Assembly: GCA_020721805.1 (NCBI GenBank)
Contig: DYMB01000003.1
Span: 35,921 to 99,920, forward strand
DNA length: 64,000 nt
Reading direction: 5' to 3'
From: Acetofilamentum sp.
GTDB taxonomy: Bacteria; Hydrothermota; 32-111
The notes beneath the pieces were generated by a model. That model ran no database searches. It had not been told where the DNA came from and saw only the letters and a list, made by a program, of their open reading frames with translations. Below are positions 9,852 through 18,837 of this stretch, piece by piece (position 1 is the first letter of the stretch; each line of letters starts with the position of its first letter). A program made the translations under genes and the position numbers.

Positions 9852-10208
9852 ATGGATAAGAAAACAAAAAATGCCATTGAAAAGGAACTTATAAAACTGA
9901 AACAGGAAAAACAAGAGATTTTAAAAGATTATCAAAAAAAGTTTAATTCTAACGAATACATTTCATCGGAAGCATCAACCTATCCTTATCATTCAGCTGA
10001 TCTGGGAACGGATGCCGCATCTATGGAAACCACATCGATAAATATAAATGATCTTATGAACGAAATAAGGGAGATAGATGAAGCTCTGATGAGATTGCAG
10101 AATGGCACCTATGGAATATGTCAGATGTGTGGTAAAGAGATACCTTTGAAAAGGTTGAAAGCTTTACCCTTCACAAGACTTTGTTTGAAATGTTCCGAAA
10201 AGGAATGA
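9852..10208 (+). CDS. DksA/TraR-family C4 zinc-finger protein
   Basis: The C-terminal motif is CQMCGKEIPLKRLKALPFTRLCLKC. I moved the start to the ATG at 9852, preceded by GGAGG. The longer track ORF lies in the ileS overlap. Confidence 0.7.
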   Translation: MDKKTKNAIEKELIKLKQEKQEILKDYQKKFNSNEYISSEASTYPYHSADLGTDAASMETTSININDLMNEIREIDEALMRLQNGTYGICQMCGKEIPLKRLKALPFTRLCLKCSEKE

Positions 10209-10705
10209 TGATGGAGAGATTTAAAATTGTTGATTTTCAAAAAAAATTTAAACTTGGATTTCCGATAATTCTTTTCATTTTATTTTTTGACAGATTGACA
10301 AAAATTTTGGTTGCTAAAAATATGGAGATAGGTCAGAGTATAGATGTTTTTGGATGGTTTTTCAGGTTGACTTATGTTTTAAACCCTAATTTCGCTTTTT
10401 CCATAAGAATAGGTAATTATTGGATAATGTTGATTATGAACCTTCTTGCGTTGTTTATTCTTCTTTTCTACTTTTTAAAAACAAAATTTTCTACCATAAA
10501 GATAATTGCTTTGTCTATGATAATCAGTGGTGCTTTTGGAAATAATTTTGATAGAATAAAAACCAAAGAGGTTGTTGATTTTATAAATCTTGGAACAAAA
10601 ACATGGAGATTCGCTATTTTTAATGTAGCGGATTCATTCATCTCGATAGGTATAGTTATACTCATATTCTCACTTCTCTTTTTAGAAAAGAATGAAAATT
10701 GTTGA
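10205..10705 (+). CDS. lspA: lipoprotein signal peptidase II
   Basis: It has LspA motifs (NPNFAFSI, GAFGNNFDR, FNVADSFI) and four TM segments. ileS-(dksA-like)-lspA is a conserved synteny. Start taken at the MMMERF ATGs overlapping the upstream stop. Confidence 0.8.
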   Translation: MMMERFKIVDFQKKFKLGFPIILFILFFDRLTKILVAKNMEIGQSIDVFGWFFRLTYVLNPNFAFSIRIGNYWIMLIMNLLALFILLFYFLKTKFSTIKIIALSMIISGAFGNNFDRIKTKEVVDFINLGTKTWRFAIFNVADSFISIGIVILIFSLLFLEKNENC

Positions 10706-12713
10706 AAAGATAGTATTCTTCTTTTTTTTTATTTTTATTTTCTTATTTTCTCAAGAAAAGAGTATAATAGAATATGATGCGCAAAAGATAGTTTTCAACA
10801 ATTTCGAAAAGAGTATAAAACTTGTTAGGTCCGCTTCGATAAAGGGCGATTCTTTTCAAATAAAAGCGGATTCTTTTCTCATATTTCCAGATTCTTCCAG
10901 ATTGTTTGCTTTTGGAAAAGCGGAAATGATCTTTGATGAATTTGACTTCAAAGCCGATTCTTTAAGTTATGATTATGAAAAGAAGAATGGATATGTTTTC
11001 AATGGTAAAACCAATGTGGAAAAGATATCTTTAAAAGGAAAAAAAATATTTATAAGGGATGAAAATTTTTTTAGTGTCCAGAACGGTATGTTTACAACCT
11101 GTAAAAATGAAGAGCCCCATTATTGGTTTTATTCTTTAAAAACCTTAATCTATAGAAATGATAGAGTGGTAATTTATCCAGTTATCCTTTTTATTAGAGA
11201 GGTCCCAGTTTTTGGTCTTCCAATTTTTATGTTTCCGATAGCGAATACAAGAAAAAGTGGTTTTTTAATGCCAAAATTCGGATATACGAGTTTTGATGGG
11301 TTTTATTTAAAACAACTTTCATATTTCTGGGCAACAAACGATTATTCTGATATGACTTTTTCTTTAGATTTGATTCAAAAAAGAGGGTACCTTTTAGGTT
11401 ACGAATTGAGGGTTCTTTACGATCCGATTCTTTTTTTTAATATGAATGGAAATTATATTTTTGAAAATAATTCAAAAAGAAGATGGTCTATAAAAGGTGA
11501 TTATTCTCACAAAATTTTTTACGATATAATTTTAAAGAGTAAAATCGATTTTGTCTCTGATATATCAACTACTACCGATTATTCCGATACTCTTGTTCTC
11601 GATCTGAAAAGGGAAGCAACATCTTTTGTTTCTTTACAAAAAAATTTTAAACTCTACAATCTTTATCTTAATTTTGAAAGAAAAGAAAATTTTAGTAATA
11701 GAACCGTTAGTATGGTTTTGCCTTTATATTCAGGTTATTTTAAAAAAGTTAGTTTTTTAAACAATATTTTTTTTATCCCAAACGGTATAAACTATCAACA
11801 TTCACATTCAACCGTTAACAGTTTGTTCAGGGATTCTATTCTTGAAAAGAAAAATTTGAATCTAAGAGTTGTGAACAGTTTTGATAGTTTTTATAAATTT
11901 TTCTATTATCTTAATATTTTCCCTTCCTATGCGATAAATTTTTATTCCGATTCATTTTTTAATAAAAATGTTATAGATGAAAAATATGGTGTAAAATTTA
12001 ATACCCAACTGTATGGAATATCAATCTTTTCTTTGGGATTCTTTGAAAAGTTGAGACATACTTTTATCCCTGAAATCGATTTCGAAAAAAGTAAAAAAAT
12101 ATTTTATACCTATTTTTCTTCCAGAGACTCCATAAAAAGTGAAGAAAAGATAACGATCAATTTCACAAATATTTTCGAAGGTAAGAGCGAATTAGAAAAG
12201 TTGGTTCTTTTAAGAAATAATGTTAACTTCAATTATGATCTGAATAAAGATTCTCTTTCTTTTATCAGTTTTTCAAATCATTTGTTTCCAGAAAAAAAGA
12301 TAAATGCTTCTTTTAATTTTTTGCTCGATCCCTACACAAAAAAGCTAAATGAAAATTATATTCTCACTTTATCCTCTGAAACCCCAAATCCTTTCAACGA
12401 GCATAGAAAAATGTTGTTGAACCTTGGTTATGTGCTGGAGAGAAATGATAGTATCAAAACGAACAGTGTAAACAGTAGCCTTAATTTTTTTATCGGTGAG
12501 AATCTTGATGTAAATTTTTCAACTCTGTATGATGTTAAATCAAAACGGTTTGTTTGGTTTTCAACTTCTTTGAAAAGATCTTTACATTGCTGGGAGGCGA
12601 ATTTCAAAGTCTCATCATATTCCGGTATTATAAAATATGATTTCCAAATTTTAATCAAAGATATTCCCGAGATATCCATCGATAAAGGATTCTTTGGACC
12701 CCTACTTCCCTAA
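10692..12713 (+). CDS. lptD: LptD/OstA-like outer-membrane LPS-assembly protein
   Basis: 673 aa. It has a signal peptide, an N-terminal OstA-like beta-jellyroll region, and the barrel motif LPIFMFPIANTRKSGFLMPKFGYTSFDGFYL typical of LptD. Confidence 0.65.
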   Translation: MKIVEKIVFFFFFIFIFLFSQEKSIIEYDAQKIVFNNFEKSIKLVRSASIKGDSFQIKADSFLIFPDSSRLFAFGKAEMIFDEFDFKADSLSYDYEKKNGYVFNGKTNVEKISLKGKKIFIRDENFFSVQNGMFTTCKNEEPHYWFYSLKTLIYRNDRVVIYPVILFIREVPVFGLPIFMFPIANTRKSGFLMPKFGYTSFDGFYLKQLSYFWATNDYSDMTFSLDLIQKRGYLLGYELRVLYDPILFFNMNGNYIFENNSKRRWSIKGDYSHKIFYDIILKSKIDFVSDISTTTDYSDTLVLDLKREATSFVSLQKNFKLYNLYLNFERKENFSNRTVSMVLPLYSGYFKKVSFLNNIFFIPNGINYQHSHSTVNSLFRDSILEKKNLNLRVVNSFDSFYKFFYYLNIFPSYAINFYSDSFFNKNVIDEKYGVKFNTQLYGISIFSLGFFEKLRHTFIPEIDFEKSKKIFYTYFSSRDSIKSEEKITINFTNIFEGKSELEKLVLLRNNVNFNYDLNKDSLSFISFSNHLFPEKKINASFNFLLDPYTKKLNENYILTLSSETPNPFNEHRKMLLNLGYVLERNDSIKTNSVNSSLNFFIGENLDVNFSTLYDVKSKRFVWFSTSLKRSLHCWEANFKVSSYSGIIKYDFQILIKDIPEISIDKGFFGPLLP

Positions 12714-12748
12714 AACCTTTACAGATAAGGATTTTATAAGATTATCCC

Positions 12749-12777
12749 TTGACAAATATGATAAAAAGATATAAACT
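12749..12777 (+). promoter_or_regulatory. sigma70-type promoter upstream of hup
   Basis: TTGACA at 12749-12754 and an A/T-rich -10 (TATAAA/TAAACT) 15-17 nt downstream. It is followed by an AAGGAGG RBS and the hup ATG at 12810. Confidence 0.45.
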
Positions 12778-12809
12778 AAAAAAGTAAACCTTAAAAAGGA
12801 GGAAAAAGG

Positions 12810-13082
12810 ATGAACAAAAAGGAATTGATCGAATCGATCACAAAGAAAGCTGGAATCTCGAAAAAAGCGGCAAATGAAGCAATCGATGCAATGGTTGAAG
12901 GGATCACAAATTCATTGAAGAAAAACAAACCTGTAACACTCATCGGTTTTGGAACCTTCTCTGTTAAAAACAGAAAAGCTCGTAAGGGGATCAATCCACA
13001 GACAAAGGAAGTTATAAAGATTAAAGCAAAAAGGGTTCCACATTTCAAAGCGGGCGCAAAATTAAAAAACGCCGTGAAGTAG
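12810..13082 (+). CDS. hup: DNA-binding protein HU
   Basis: 90 aa with the canonical HU sequence (MNKKELI...GFGTFSVKNRKARKGINPQTKEVIKI...). Strong RBS. Confidence 0.95.
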   Translation: MNKKELIESITKKAGISKKAANEAIDAMVEGITNSLKKNKPVTLIGFGTFSVKNRKARKGINPQTKEVIKIKAKRVPHFKAGAKLKNAVK

Positions 13083-13098
13083 AAGGGATCTAAATGTT

Positions 13099-13129
13099 GG
13101 GGGGAAGTTTCACTTCCCCCCTTTTTTTG
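13099..13129 (+). terminator. rho-independent terminator after hup
   Basis: GGGGGGAAGT-ttc-ACTTCCCCCC stem-loop followed by TTTTTTTG. Confidence 0.8.
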
Positions 13130-13144
13130 TTGCCGGAGAAAAAA

Positions 13145-13642
13145 ATGGATAAAGAGAAAGATTTTAAAGCCATTTCGGTTGATGTAAAACTTGGAAAAAA
13201 TGTTAAGATTTATCAGTTTACAAATCTTTATGGATGCAGCATAGGTGATAATACTAAAATAGGAGCCTTTGTTGAAATTCAAAAGAATGTAAAGGTTGGA
13301 AAAAATTGTAAAATATCTTCCCATTCTTTCATCTGTGAGGGAGTTGAGATAGAGGATAATGTTTTTATAGGACACGGTGTTATGTTCATAAACGATAAGT
13401 ATCCCAGAGCAACCAATAAAGATGCTCAACTTCAAACCGAGAATGATTGGAAAGTGGAAAAGACACTTGTAAAAAAAGGATCATCGATCGGGACGAACTC
13501 GGTTATTCTTTCGAATGTGGTAATAGGTGAAAACAGTATAATCGGAGCCGGATCCGTTGTTACGAAAGATGTTCCACCTAATGTAATAGCAGCGGGAAAT
13601 CCCTGCAGAATATTGCGAAAGATAGATGAAGAAAAAAAATGA
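13145..13642 (+). CDS. hexapeptide-repeat (LbH) acyl/acetyltransferase
   Basis: It has repeated [LIV]G-x4 hexapeptides (IGDNTKIGAFVEI..., IGTNSVILSNVVIGENSIIGAGSVV). Start moved to MDKEKDF downstream of the hup terminator. Confidence 0.75.
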   Translation: MDKEKDFKAISVDVKLGKNVKIYQFTNLYGCSIGDNTKIGAFVEIQKNVKVGKNCKISSHSFICEGVEIEDNVFIGHGVMFINDKYPRATNKDAQLQTENDWKVEKTLVKKGSSIGTNSVILSNVVIGENSIIGAGSVVTKDVPPNVIAAGNPCRILRKIDEEKK

Positions 13643-14222
13643 TATCAGAATAGTCCTTGCCTCCAGTTCTGAAAGAAGGATTCAACTTTTAAAAAAAATT
13701 GGACTCGAATTTAAAATTGTAAGACATTATCATGATGAAAGCCATTTTGATTTTAAAAAACCGGCAGAATTTGTTTTAAGATGTTCAAAGAATAAAGCTT
13801 TATCCATAAAAAGAAAAAAGAACGATCTTGTTGTTGGTGCTGATACCATAGTATATTTGGGGAAGGAGATAATTGGAAAACCAAAAGATAGAAGTGATGC
13901 CATCTCTATTTTAAAAAAATTATCCGGTAAAAAACATCTTGTATATACTGGACTAACACTTGTTTACAAAGATAGAATAGTTTCCGGTTATTCCAAAACT
14001 CTTGTTTTTTTAAAAAAATTTTCCTTAAAAGAATTAGAATGGTATCTTGAAAAGGCATCATATCTTGATAAGGCTGGAGCATACGCTGTTCAGGATGAGG
14101 CATCCATATTTATAAAAAGAATAGATGGAGACTTTTTTAATGTTGTTGGTTTTCCGATAAGACTATTTGTCAGGTTGTTTAAGAAGATAACTTCAGAAGA
14201 TATCGTTAATTTCTTAAAATAG
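13626..14222 (+). CDS. maf: Maf-like nucleoside triphosphate pyrophosphatase / septum formation protein
   Basis: 198 aa. The N-terminus IVLASSSERRIQLL and the C-terminal AGAYAVQD motif are typical of Maf. Confidence 0.85.
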   Translation: MKKKNDIRIVLASSSERRIQLLKKIGLEFKIVRHYHDESHFDFKKPAEFVLRCSKNKALSIKRKKNDLVVGADTIVYLGKEIIGKPKDRSDAISILKKLSGKKHLVYTGLTLVYKDRIVSGYSKTLVFLKKFSLKELEWYLEKASYLDKAGAYAVQDEASIFIKRIDGDFFNVVGFPIRLFVRLFKKITSEDIVNFLK

Positions 14223-14225
14223 TTT

Positions 14226-15395
14226 ATGAAAAAATTTTTATTTTTTCTTTTTTTCATTTCTCCTCTTATTATTTTTTCTTTCAAAGAAGATTCATATATG
14301 TTTGATAAAATTTCATTTGAGAGATACCCCTTTTTTCTGATAAAAAAAAGTGTTAACACATTTTATGATTTTGAGATGTTAAATGTTTCCGGTAATATTT
14401 TCTATAGTGAAGATTTTATCCTATCTTTTCCATTTTATGATTTTAAAATTGGAAACATCTATGCACATAGGGATAAAAAAATGGTTTACTATGATATCCG
14501 TGGCTATTCTTTACTTGACTATGATATCAATCTTATTTCATCAAAATCTTCTACAAATTTATTTTCATCGCTCTTTAAAAATGATGGTTTATATCACATA
14601 AAAGGTTTTTCCTTTTTTGATATACTACCAAACTCTGAAAGTTCAAATTATGAAAATCAGATACTGTTCAAATATAAAAAAATTCAAACTGAATTTTTCC
14701 TAAACAATGTGGGAAAAAATATTCTAATGGGTTACTCTAACGATCTTGCTTCAATAAGGGTTGGAACAGATTTCTTTGAAAAGATAATTTCAAAATTTTT
14801 CTTTTACTCGAAAAATTTTTTCCTTTATTCAAAAGAAAACTATAATTTTTCAAAAAAGGATTTTGAAAATACAACTTTTGCAAGGTATCATAATTTTTTT
14901 AATCTAACAAACTTTGTTTTAGAGTTATCATATGAAAACAACTCTTTTGAAGTTTCAAGTGGAATACTTCAAAGATTTTCACCTTCACTTTCAGCCTATT
15001 CAAATCTTGACTATTCGTTCTTGCAAAAAGATTATAATTTTGCTGCCGGTTTAAAATATATTGATGAAAACCTGTATATGGATCTGATGCCTTTTTATAA
15101 GAATAAATTTTCACCTTCATTGAGTTTCAATTATCTCTCAAAACATTTCGATTTTGAATCCTATTTTGTTTATGATGATACTTTAGAATATTATTTGAAG
15201 AATGTTATCAAAAGTTCTTATTTTAAAAATAATCTCAACCTTAATTTAACTTTTTTTTATACCAGTGATAGAGAGCTGGAAACTTTTGTGAATTTTAAAA
15301 TTGTTGATGTTTCGACTTTTCTGGGTATAAGATTTATTCTTGATGATAGGGTATACATTGTAAAAGGAGGATTATCCTGGAAATTTTTAGACTGA
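14226..15395 (+). CDS. hypothetical secreted / outer-membrane protein
   Basis: 389 aa. It has an N-terminal signal peptide and an aromatic-rich, beta-strand-like composition. It ends in ...SWKFLD, ending in Phe-Leu-Asp, which I read as outer-membrane beta-barrel-like. Confidence 0.4.
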   Translation: MKKFLFFLFFISPLIIFSFKEDSYMFDKISFERYPFFLIKKSVNTFYDFEMLNVSGNIFYSEDFILSFPFYDFKIGNIYAHRDKKMVYYDIRGYSLLDYDINLISSKSSTNLFSSLFKNDGLYHIKGFSFFDILPNSESSNYENQILFKYKKIQTEFFLNNVGKNILMGYSNDLASIRVGTDFFEKIISKFFFYSKNFFLYSKENYNFSKKDFENTTFARYHNFFNLTNFVLELSYENNSFEVSSGILQRFSPSLSAYSNLDYSFLQKDYNFAAGLKYIDENLYMDLMPFYKNKFSPSLSFNYLSKHFDFESYFVYDDTLEYYLKNVIKSSYFKNNLNLNLTFFYTSDRELETFVNFKIVDVSTFLGIRFILDDRVYIVKGGLSWKFLD

Positions 15396-16033
15396 TCATC
15401 ATAGTTTTAACGATTATCAACTCGATTGATATAAACGCTTTCGATTTTAGTCCGGTCAGGTTAAAATATGAAGGTGGGGATTGGTATAATGATCCTGAAA
15501 ATCTGAAATTACTTGCAAAATATGTTAACTCGAATACAACCCTCAGTATGGATACAAACGAAATAGTTTTAGAAATGTCAGACAAGAGGATCCACGATTT
15601 TCCATTCTTGTTTATGACTGGTCATGGTGGATTAAAATATGATAAAAGGGAAAAAGAGAATTTAAGAGAGTATATTTTAAATGGTGGATTTTTGTTGATA
15701 GATGATGATTATGGCTTTGATAGAGATATAAGAAGGTTTTTGTCCGATCTTTTCCCGGAAAGGGAACTTATAAAACTTCCTCTTGATGAAGAATGCGAAC
15801 TTTTAAAAACATATTTTAAATTAAATAAATTTCCAAAAATGCATGAACACTATGATGGACCACCCGAAATATATGCTGTATTTGTTAACGAAAAGATCGG
15901 AGTCCTATTTCTTTACAACACAAACATATCCGATGGATGGACATATCCTGAAAAATATAATGATCCCGAATATAAAAGAAAAGAGGCATTTGAGATTGGA
16001 ACGAATATCGTATTCTATGCACTTTTTAAATAG
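15377..16033 (+). CDS. DUF4159-family protein. The start is probably non-ATG (CTG/ATT/ATC) just after an AGGAGG, upstream of the ATG at 15548
   Basis: The frame is open back to a TAG at 15347. The upstream in-frame peptide (hydrophobic TM, then FDFSPVRLKYEGGDWYNDPENL) matches the conserved N-terminus of DUF4159 proteins. Later motifs FLFMTGHG and GGFLLIDDDYG follow. Confidence 0.5.
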   Translation: MEIFRLIIIVLTIINSIDINAFDFSPVRLKYEGGDWYNDPENLKLLAKYVNSNTTLSMDTNEIVLEMSDKRIHDFPFLFMTGHGGLKYDKREKENLREYILNGGFLLIDDDYGFDRDIRRFLSDLFPERELIKLPLDEECELLKTYFKLNKFPKMHEHYDGPPEIYAVFVNEKIGVLFLYNTNISDGWTYPEKYNDPEYKRKEAFEIGTNIVFYALFK

Positions 16034-16038
16034 AAGAT

Positions 16039-16067
16039 TTGACTTTTAACCCATCATCGATTATATT
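16039..16067 (+). promoter_or_regulatory. sigma70-type promoter of the isc cluster
   Basis: TTGACT-N17-TATATT lies immediately upstream of the iscR-like gene. Confidence 0.5.
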
Positions 16068-16085
16068 ATACTAAAAAGGTATAAT

Positions 16086-16478
16086 ATGAAGATAAAAAAA
16101 GAGATAGAATGTTCTATAGCCATTTTAACAGCACTCGGGAGAAATAAAAAAGAAAAGTTATCTTTGAATCACCTTGTTGATATTATACATTTTTCAAAAC
16201 CTTTTACAAAGAAAACTATTATCGAAATATTAAAAGCGGGGTACATTTCAAGCGAAATGGGTCCAAATGGGGGTTACAGGTTGAATGTTGATCCGGAAAA
16301 ACTAACTTTAAAGGAGATCTTTTCTTTTATGGGAGATAAAGATGGTTTTATCCAATGTTATAATTCAAAAAAGTGTATAAAAGGTTGTATAATTGATAAT
16401 AGTATGAGGATGTTGAATGAGAGGTTAAACGATGTTCTTAAAGACATAACCTTAAAAGATTTTATAGAAGGGGGATAG
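16086..16478 (+). CDS. iscR: Rrf2-family transcriptional regulator (IscR-like)
   Basis: 130 aa. It has the Rrf2 wing motif GPNGGYRL and three clustered Cys (CYNSKKCIKGC) like the IscR [2Fe-2S] ligands. It sits directly upstream of iscS/iscU. Confidence 0.7.
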   Translation: MKIKKEIECSIAILTALGRNKKEKLSLNHLVDIIHFSKPFTKKTIIEILKAGYISSEMGPNGGYRLNVDPEKLTLKEIFSFMGDKDGFIQCYNSKKCIKGCIIDNSMRMLNERLNDVLKDITLKDFIEGG

Positions 16479-17642
16479 ATGGAAAAAAGAATAGTTTATC
16501 TTGATAACAATGCTACAACAAGAGTCGATGATAGAGTTGTAAAAAAGATGGAAATATATTTTACAAAGTTTTATGGAAATCCATCATCACTTTATGATCT
16601 CGGGTTTGAGGCAAAAAACGCTGTTGAGGATGCGAGGAAAAAGATTTCTAAAATTTTAAACTGTTCTGATCAGGAAATATTTTTTACCGGTTCTGGAACG
16701 GAATCAGACAATATTGCTATAAAAGGTGTAGCGAGAAGGTATCAAAAAAAAGGAAAGCACATAATAACTTCATCGATAGAGCATCATGCTGTTTTAAACA
16801 GTGTAGAATATTTAGGGAAAAAAGAAGGTTTCGAGTACTCGCTTGTTAAAGTCGATTCTGATGGAATAGTTGATATTGATCATTTGAAATCTCTTATAAG
16901 ACCCGATACCATACTTATTTCGATAATGTATGCGAATAATGAAACGGGTGCTATACAGCCTATAGAGGAGATAGGAAAGATAGCCAGAGAAAAGGGGATA
17001 TATTTTCATACCGATGCTGTTCAGGCTGCTGGAAAGCTTTCACTCGATGTTAAAAAATTGAATGTTGATATGTTGTCTTTATCAGGGCATAAGTTTCATG
17101 CACCAAAAGGTGTTGGAATACTTTACAAAAGAACAGGGATAAATCCGATACCATTATTCCATGGTGGTCATCATGAAAAGAATTTAAGACCTTCAACGGA
17201 AAATGTTCCCTATATGGTTGGAATAGCGGAGGCACTGGAAATAGCATATGATGAATTTGAAGAACATAAAAAACATATCTATAAACTGAAGATGATGCTA
17301 AAAGAAGGGATAGAAAAAAATATAGATGGTCTTGTTTTAAATACACCAAAAAATAGTGTTTTCAATACCTTAAATTATTCTTTTAAAGGTATAGAGGGAG
17401 AATCGATACTATTTTCACTTAACGATTTTAAAATAAGTGTTTCAACAGGTTCGGCATGCACATCCGGTAGTCTTGAACCGAGCCATGTGATAATGGCAAT
17501 GGGAAGAGAAGATTCCATCAGCCATGGTTCCATAAGATTTTCTTTGAGCAAGTATAATACTGAAGAAGAGATAAAGTATACGATAGAAAAGTTAAAAGAA
17601 GTTGTAGAAAGAATTAGAAAAATTTCCCCATATAAAGTATAG
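16479..17642 (+). CDS. iscS: cysteine desulfurase (IscS/NifS family)
   Basis: 387 aa with the PLP-lysine motif SGHKFHAPKGVGILY and the active-site Cys motif SSGSACTSGS. Typical class-V aminotransferase. Confidence 0.9.
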   Translation: MEKRIVYLDNNATTRVDDRVVKKMEIYFTKFYGNPSSLYDLGFEAKNAVEDARKKISKILNCSDQEIFFTGSGTESDNIAIKGVARRYQKKGKHIITSSIEHHAVLNSVEYLGKKEGFEYSLVKVDSDGIVDIDHLKSLIRPDTILISIMYANNETGAIQPIEEIGKIAREKGIYFHTDAVQAAGKLSLDVKKLNVDMLSLSGHKFHAPKGVGILYKRTGINPIPLFHGGHHEKNLRPSTENVPYMVGIAEALEIAYDEFEEHKKHIYKLKMMLKEGIEKNIDGLVLNTPKNSVFNTLNYSFKGIEGESILFSLNDFKISVSTGSACTSGSLEPSHVIMAMGREDSISHGSIRFSLSKYNTEEEIKYTIEKLKEVVERIRKISPYKV

Positions 17643-17654
17643 TAAGGAGTTTTT

Positions 17655-18041
17655 ATGTACTCAAAAACTGTTATGGAGCATTTTAGAAATCCACATAATT
17701 ATGGAAAAATGGAAAATCCGGATGGATTTGGCAGAGTTGGGAATCCTCAATGTGGTGATGAGATGATAATATACATAAAGGTTAAAGATAATGTGATAGT
17801 GGATGTAAAATTTGAAACTTTTGGATGTGTTGCAGCGATAGCATCATCATCGATCACCACTGATCTTATAAAAGGAAAAACTATTGAAGAAGCTTTAAAA
17901 ATAACAAACAAGGATGTTGTTAACGAACTTGGGGGTTTGCCTGCCATAAAAACACATTGTTCTGTTCTCGCAGAGGATGGGATAAAAGCCGCCATAGAAG
18001 ATTATAAGAAGAAAAAACTCAAAGAGAACAATAATGACTGA
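17655..18041 (+). CDS. iscU: Fe-S cluster scaffold IscU/NifU
   Basis: 128 aa. The three conserved Cys are in GNPQCGDEM, GCVAAIAS and KTHCSVL. Confidence 0.9.
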   Translation: MYSKTVMEHFRNPHNYGKMENPDGFGRVGNPQCGDEMIIYIKVKDNVIVDVKFETFGCVAAIASSSITTDLIKGKTIEEALKITNKDVVNELGGLPAIKTHCSVLAEDGIKAAIEDYKKKKLKENNND

Positions 18042-18837
18042 AAAAGAATTTTTAAAAACTTTAAAAATAGTAAGAGAACTGAGAAAAAAATGTCCCTGGG
18101 ATAAAAAACAGACCCATAGAAGTTTGAAGGGATTCGTTGTCGAGGAATCTTATGAACTTGTTGATGCGATAGAATCACAGGATTCTGAAAAATTGAAGGA
18201 TGAACTCGGAGATCTTCTACTTCAGGTTTTTTTGCATTCTGTGATAGCGGAGGAAAAGAAAGAATTCTATATCGAAGATGTTTTAAAGAATCTGCAAAAT
18301 AAATTGATAAGAAGGCATCCACATATCTTTTCAAACAAAAAAGTAAAAGATGAGTTTGATGTGTTGAGAAACTGGGTTGAGATAAAAAAAGATGAGAAAA
18401 AAACCGAATCTATTATGGATATTTTATCATTAAATATGCCTTCAATGATTCTTGCACATAAGGTTCAAAAAAAAGCATCATCAAAAAAGTTTGAATGGGA
18501 AAATATTGATGATGTTTATAAAAAACTTCAAGAGGAGATAGATGAACTTAAAAGATCAAAAAATATAAATGAGATTGAAGAGGAAATAGGTGATATTTTT
18601 TTTACACTCGTTCATATCGCATCTAAATTTAATGTTGATTCTGAAATAGCTTTGAGAAGATCCATTTTAAAATTTATAAAAAGATTTAAAATGATGGAAG
18701 GATTTCTTAAAAAGGATGGTAAAAATTTTGAAAATCTATCTTTAAAAGAACTTGATGGATACTGGAATAAAATTAAAAGATCAGAATTGAAAGATACGAT
18801 AAAAAAGGAATATAAAAAAAGCTATCGAAAACGGTGA
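18034..18837 (+). CDS. mazG: MazG nucleoside triphosphate pyrophosphohydrolase
   Basis: 267 aa. It has LRKKCPWDKKQT...EESYELVDAIE...ELGDLLLQV and a second EEIGDIFFTLVHIA repeat, giving the tandem MazG domain architecture. Confidence 0.85.
   Translation: MTEKEFLKTLKIVRELRKKCPWDKKQTHRSLKGFVVEESYELVDAIESQDSEKLKDELGDLLLQVFLHSVIAEEKKEFYIEDVLKNLQNKLIRRHPHIFSNKKVKDEFDVLRNWVEIKKDEKKTESIMDILSLNMPSMILAHKVQKKASSKKFEWENIDDVYKKLQEEIDELKRSKNINEIEEEIGDIFFTLVHIASKFNVDSEIALRRSILKFIKRFKMMEGFLKKDGKNFENLSLKELDGYWNKIKRSELKDTIKKEYKKSYRKR

Noticed and set aside
10692-10760. Poly-T / T-rich run at the start of lptD (ttctttttttttatttttattttc)
   Set aside because: It encodes the hydrophobic signal peptide (FFFFIFIFLF). 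It could be a slippage-prone homopolymer but is in frame and plausible as is.
15843-16049. 68-aa ORF overlapping the DUF4159 gene in another frame
   Set aside because: It is embedded in a gene with clear family motifs, so it is out of frame and spurious.
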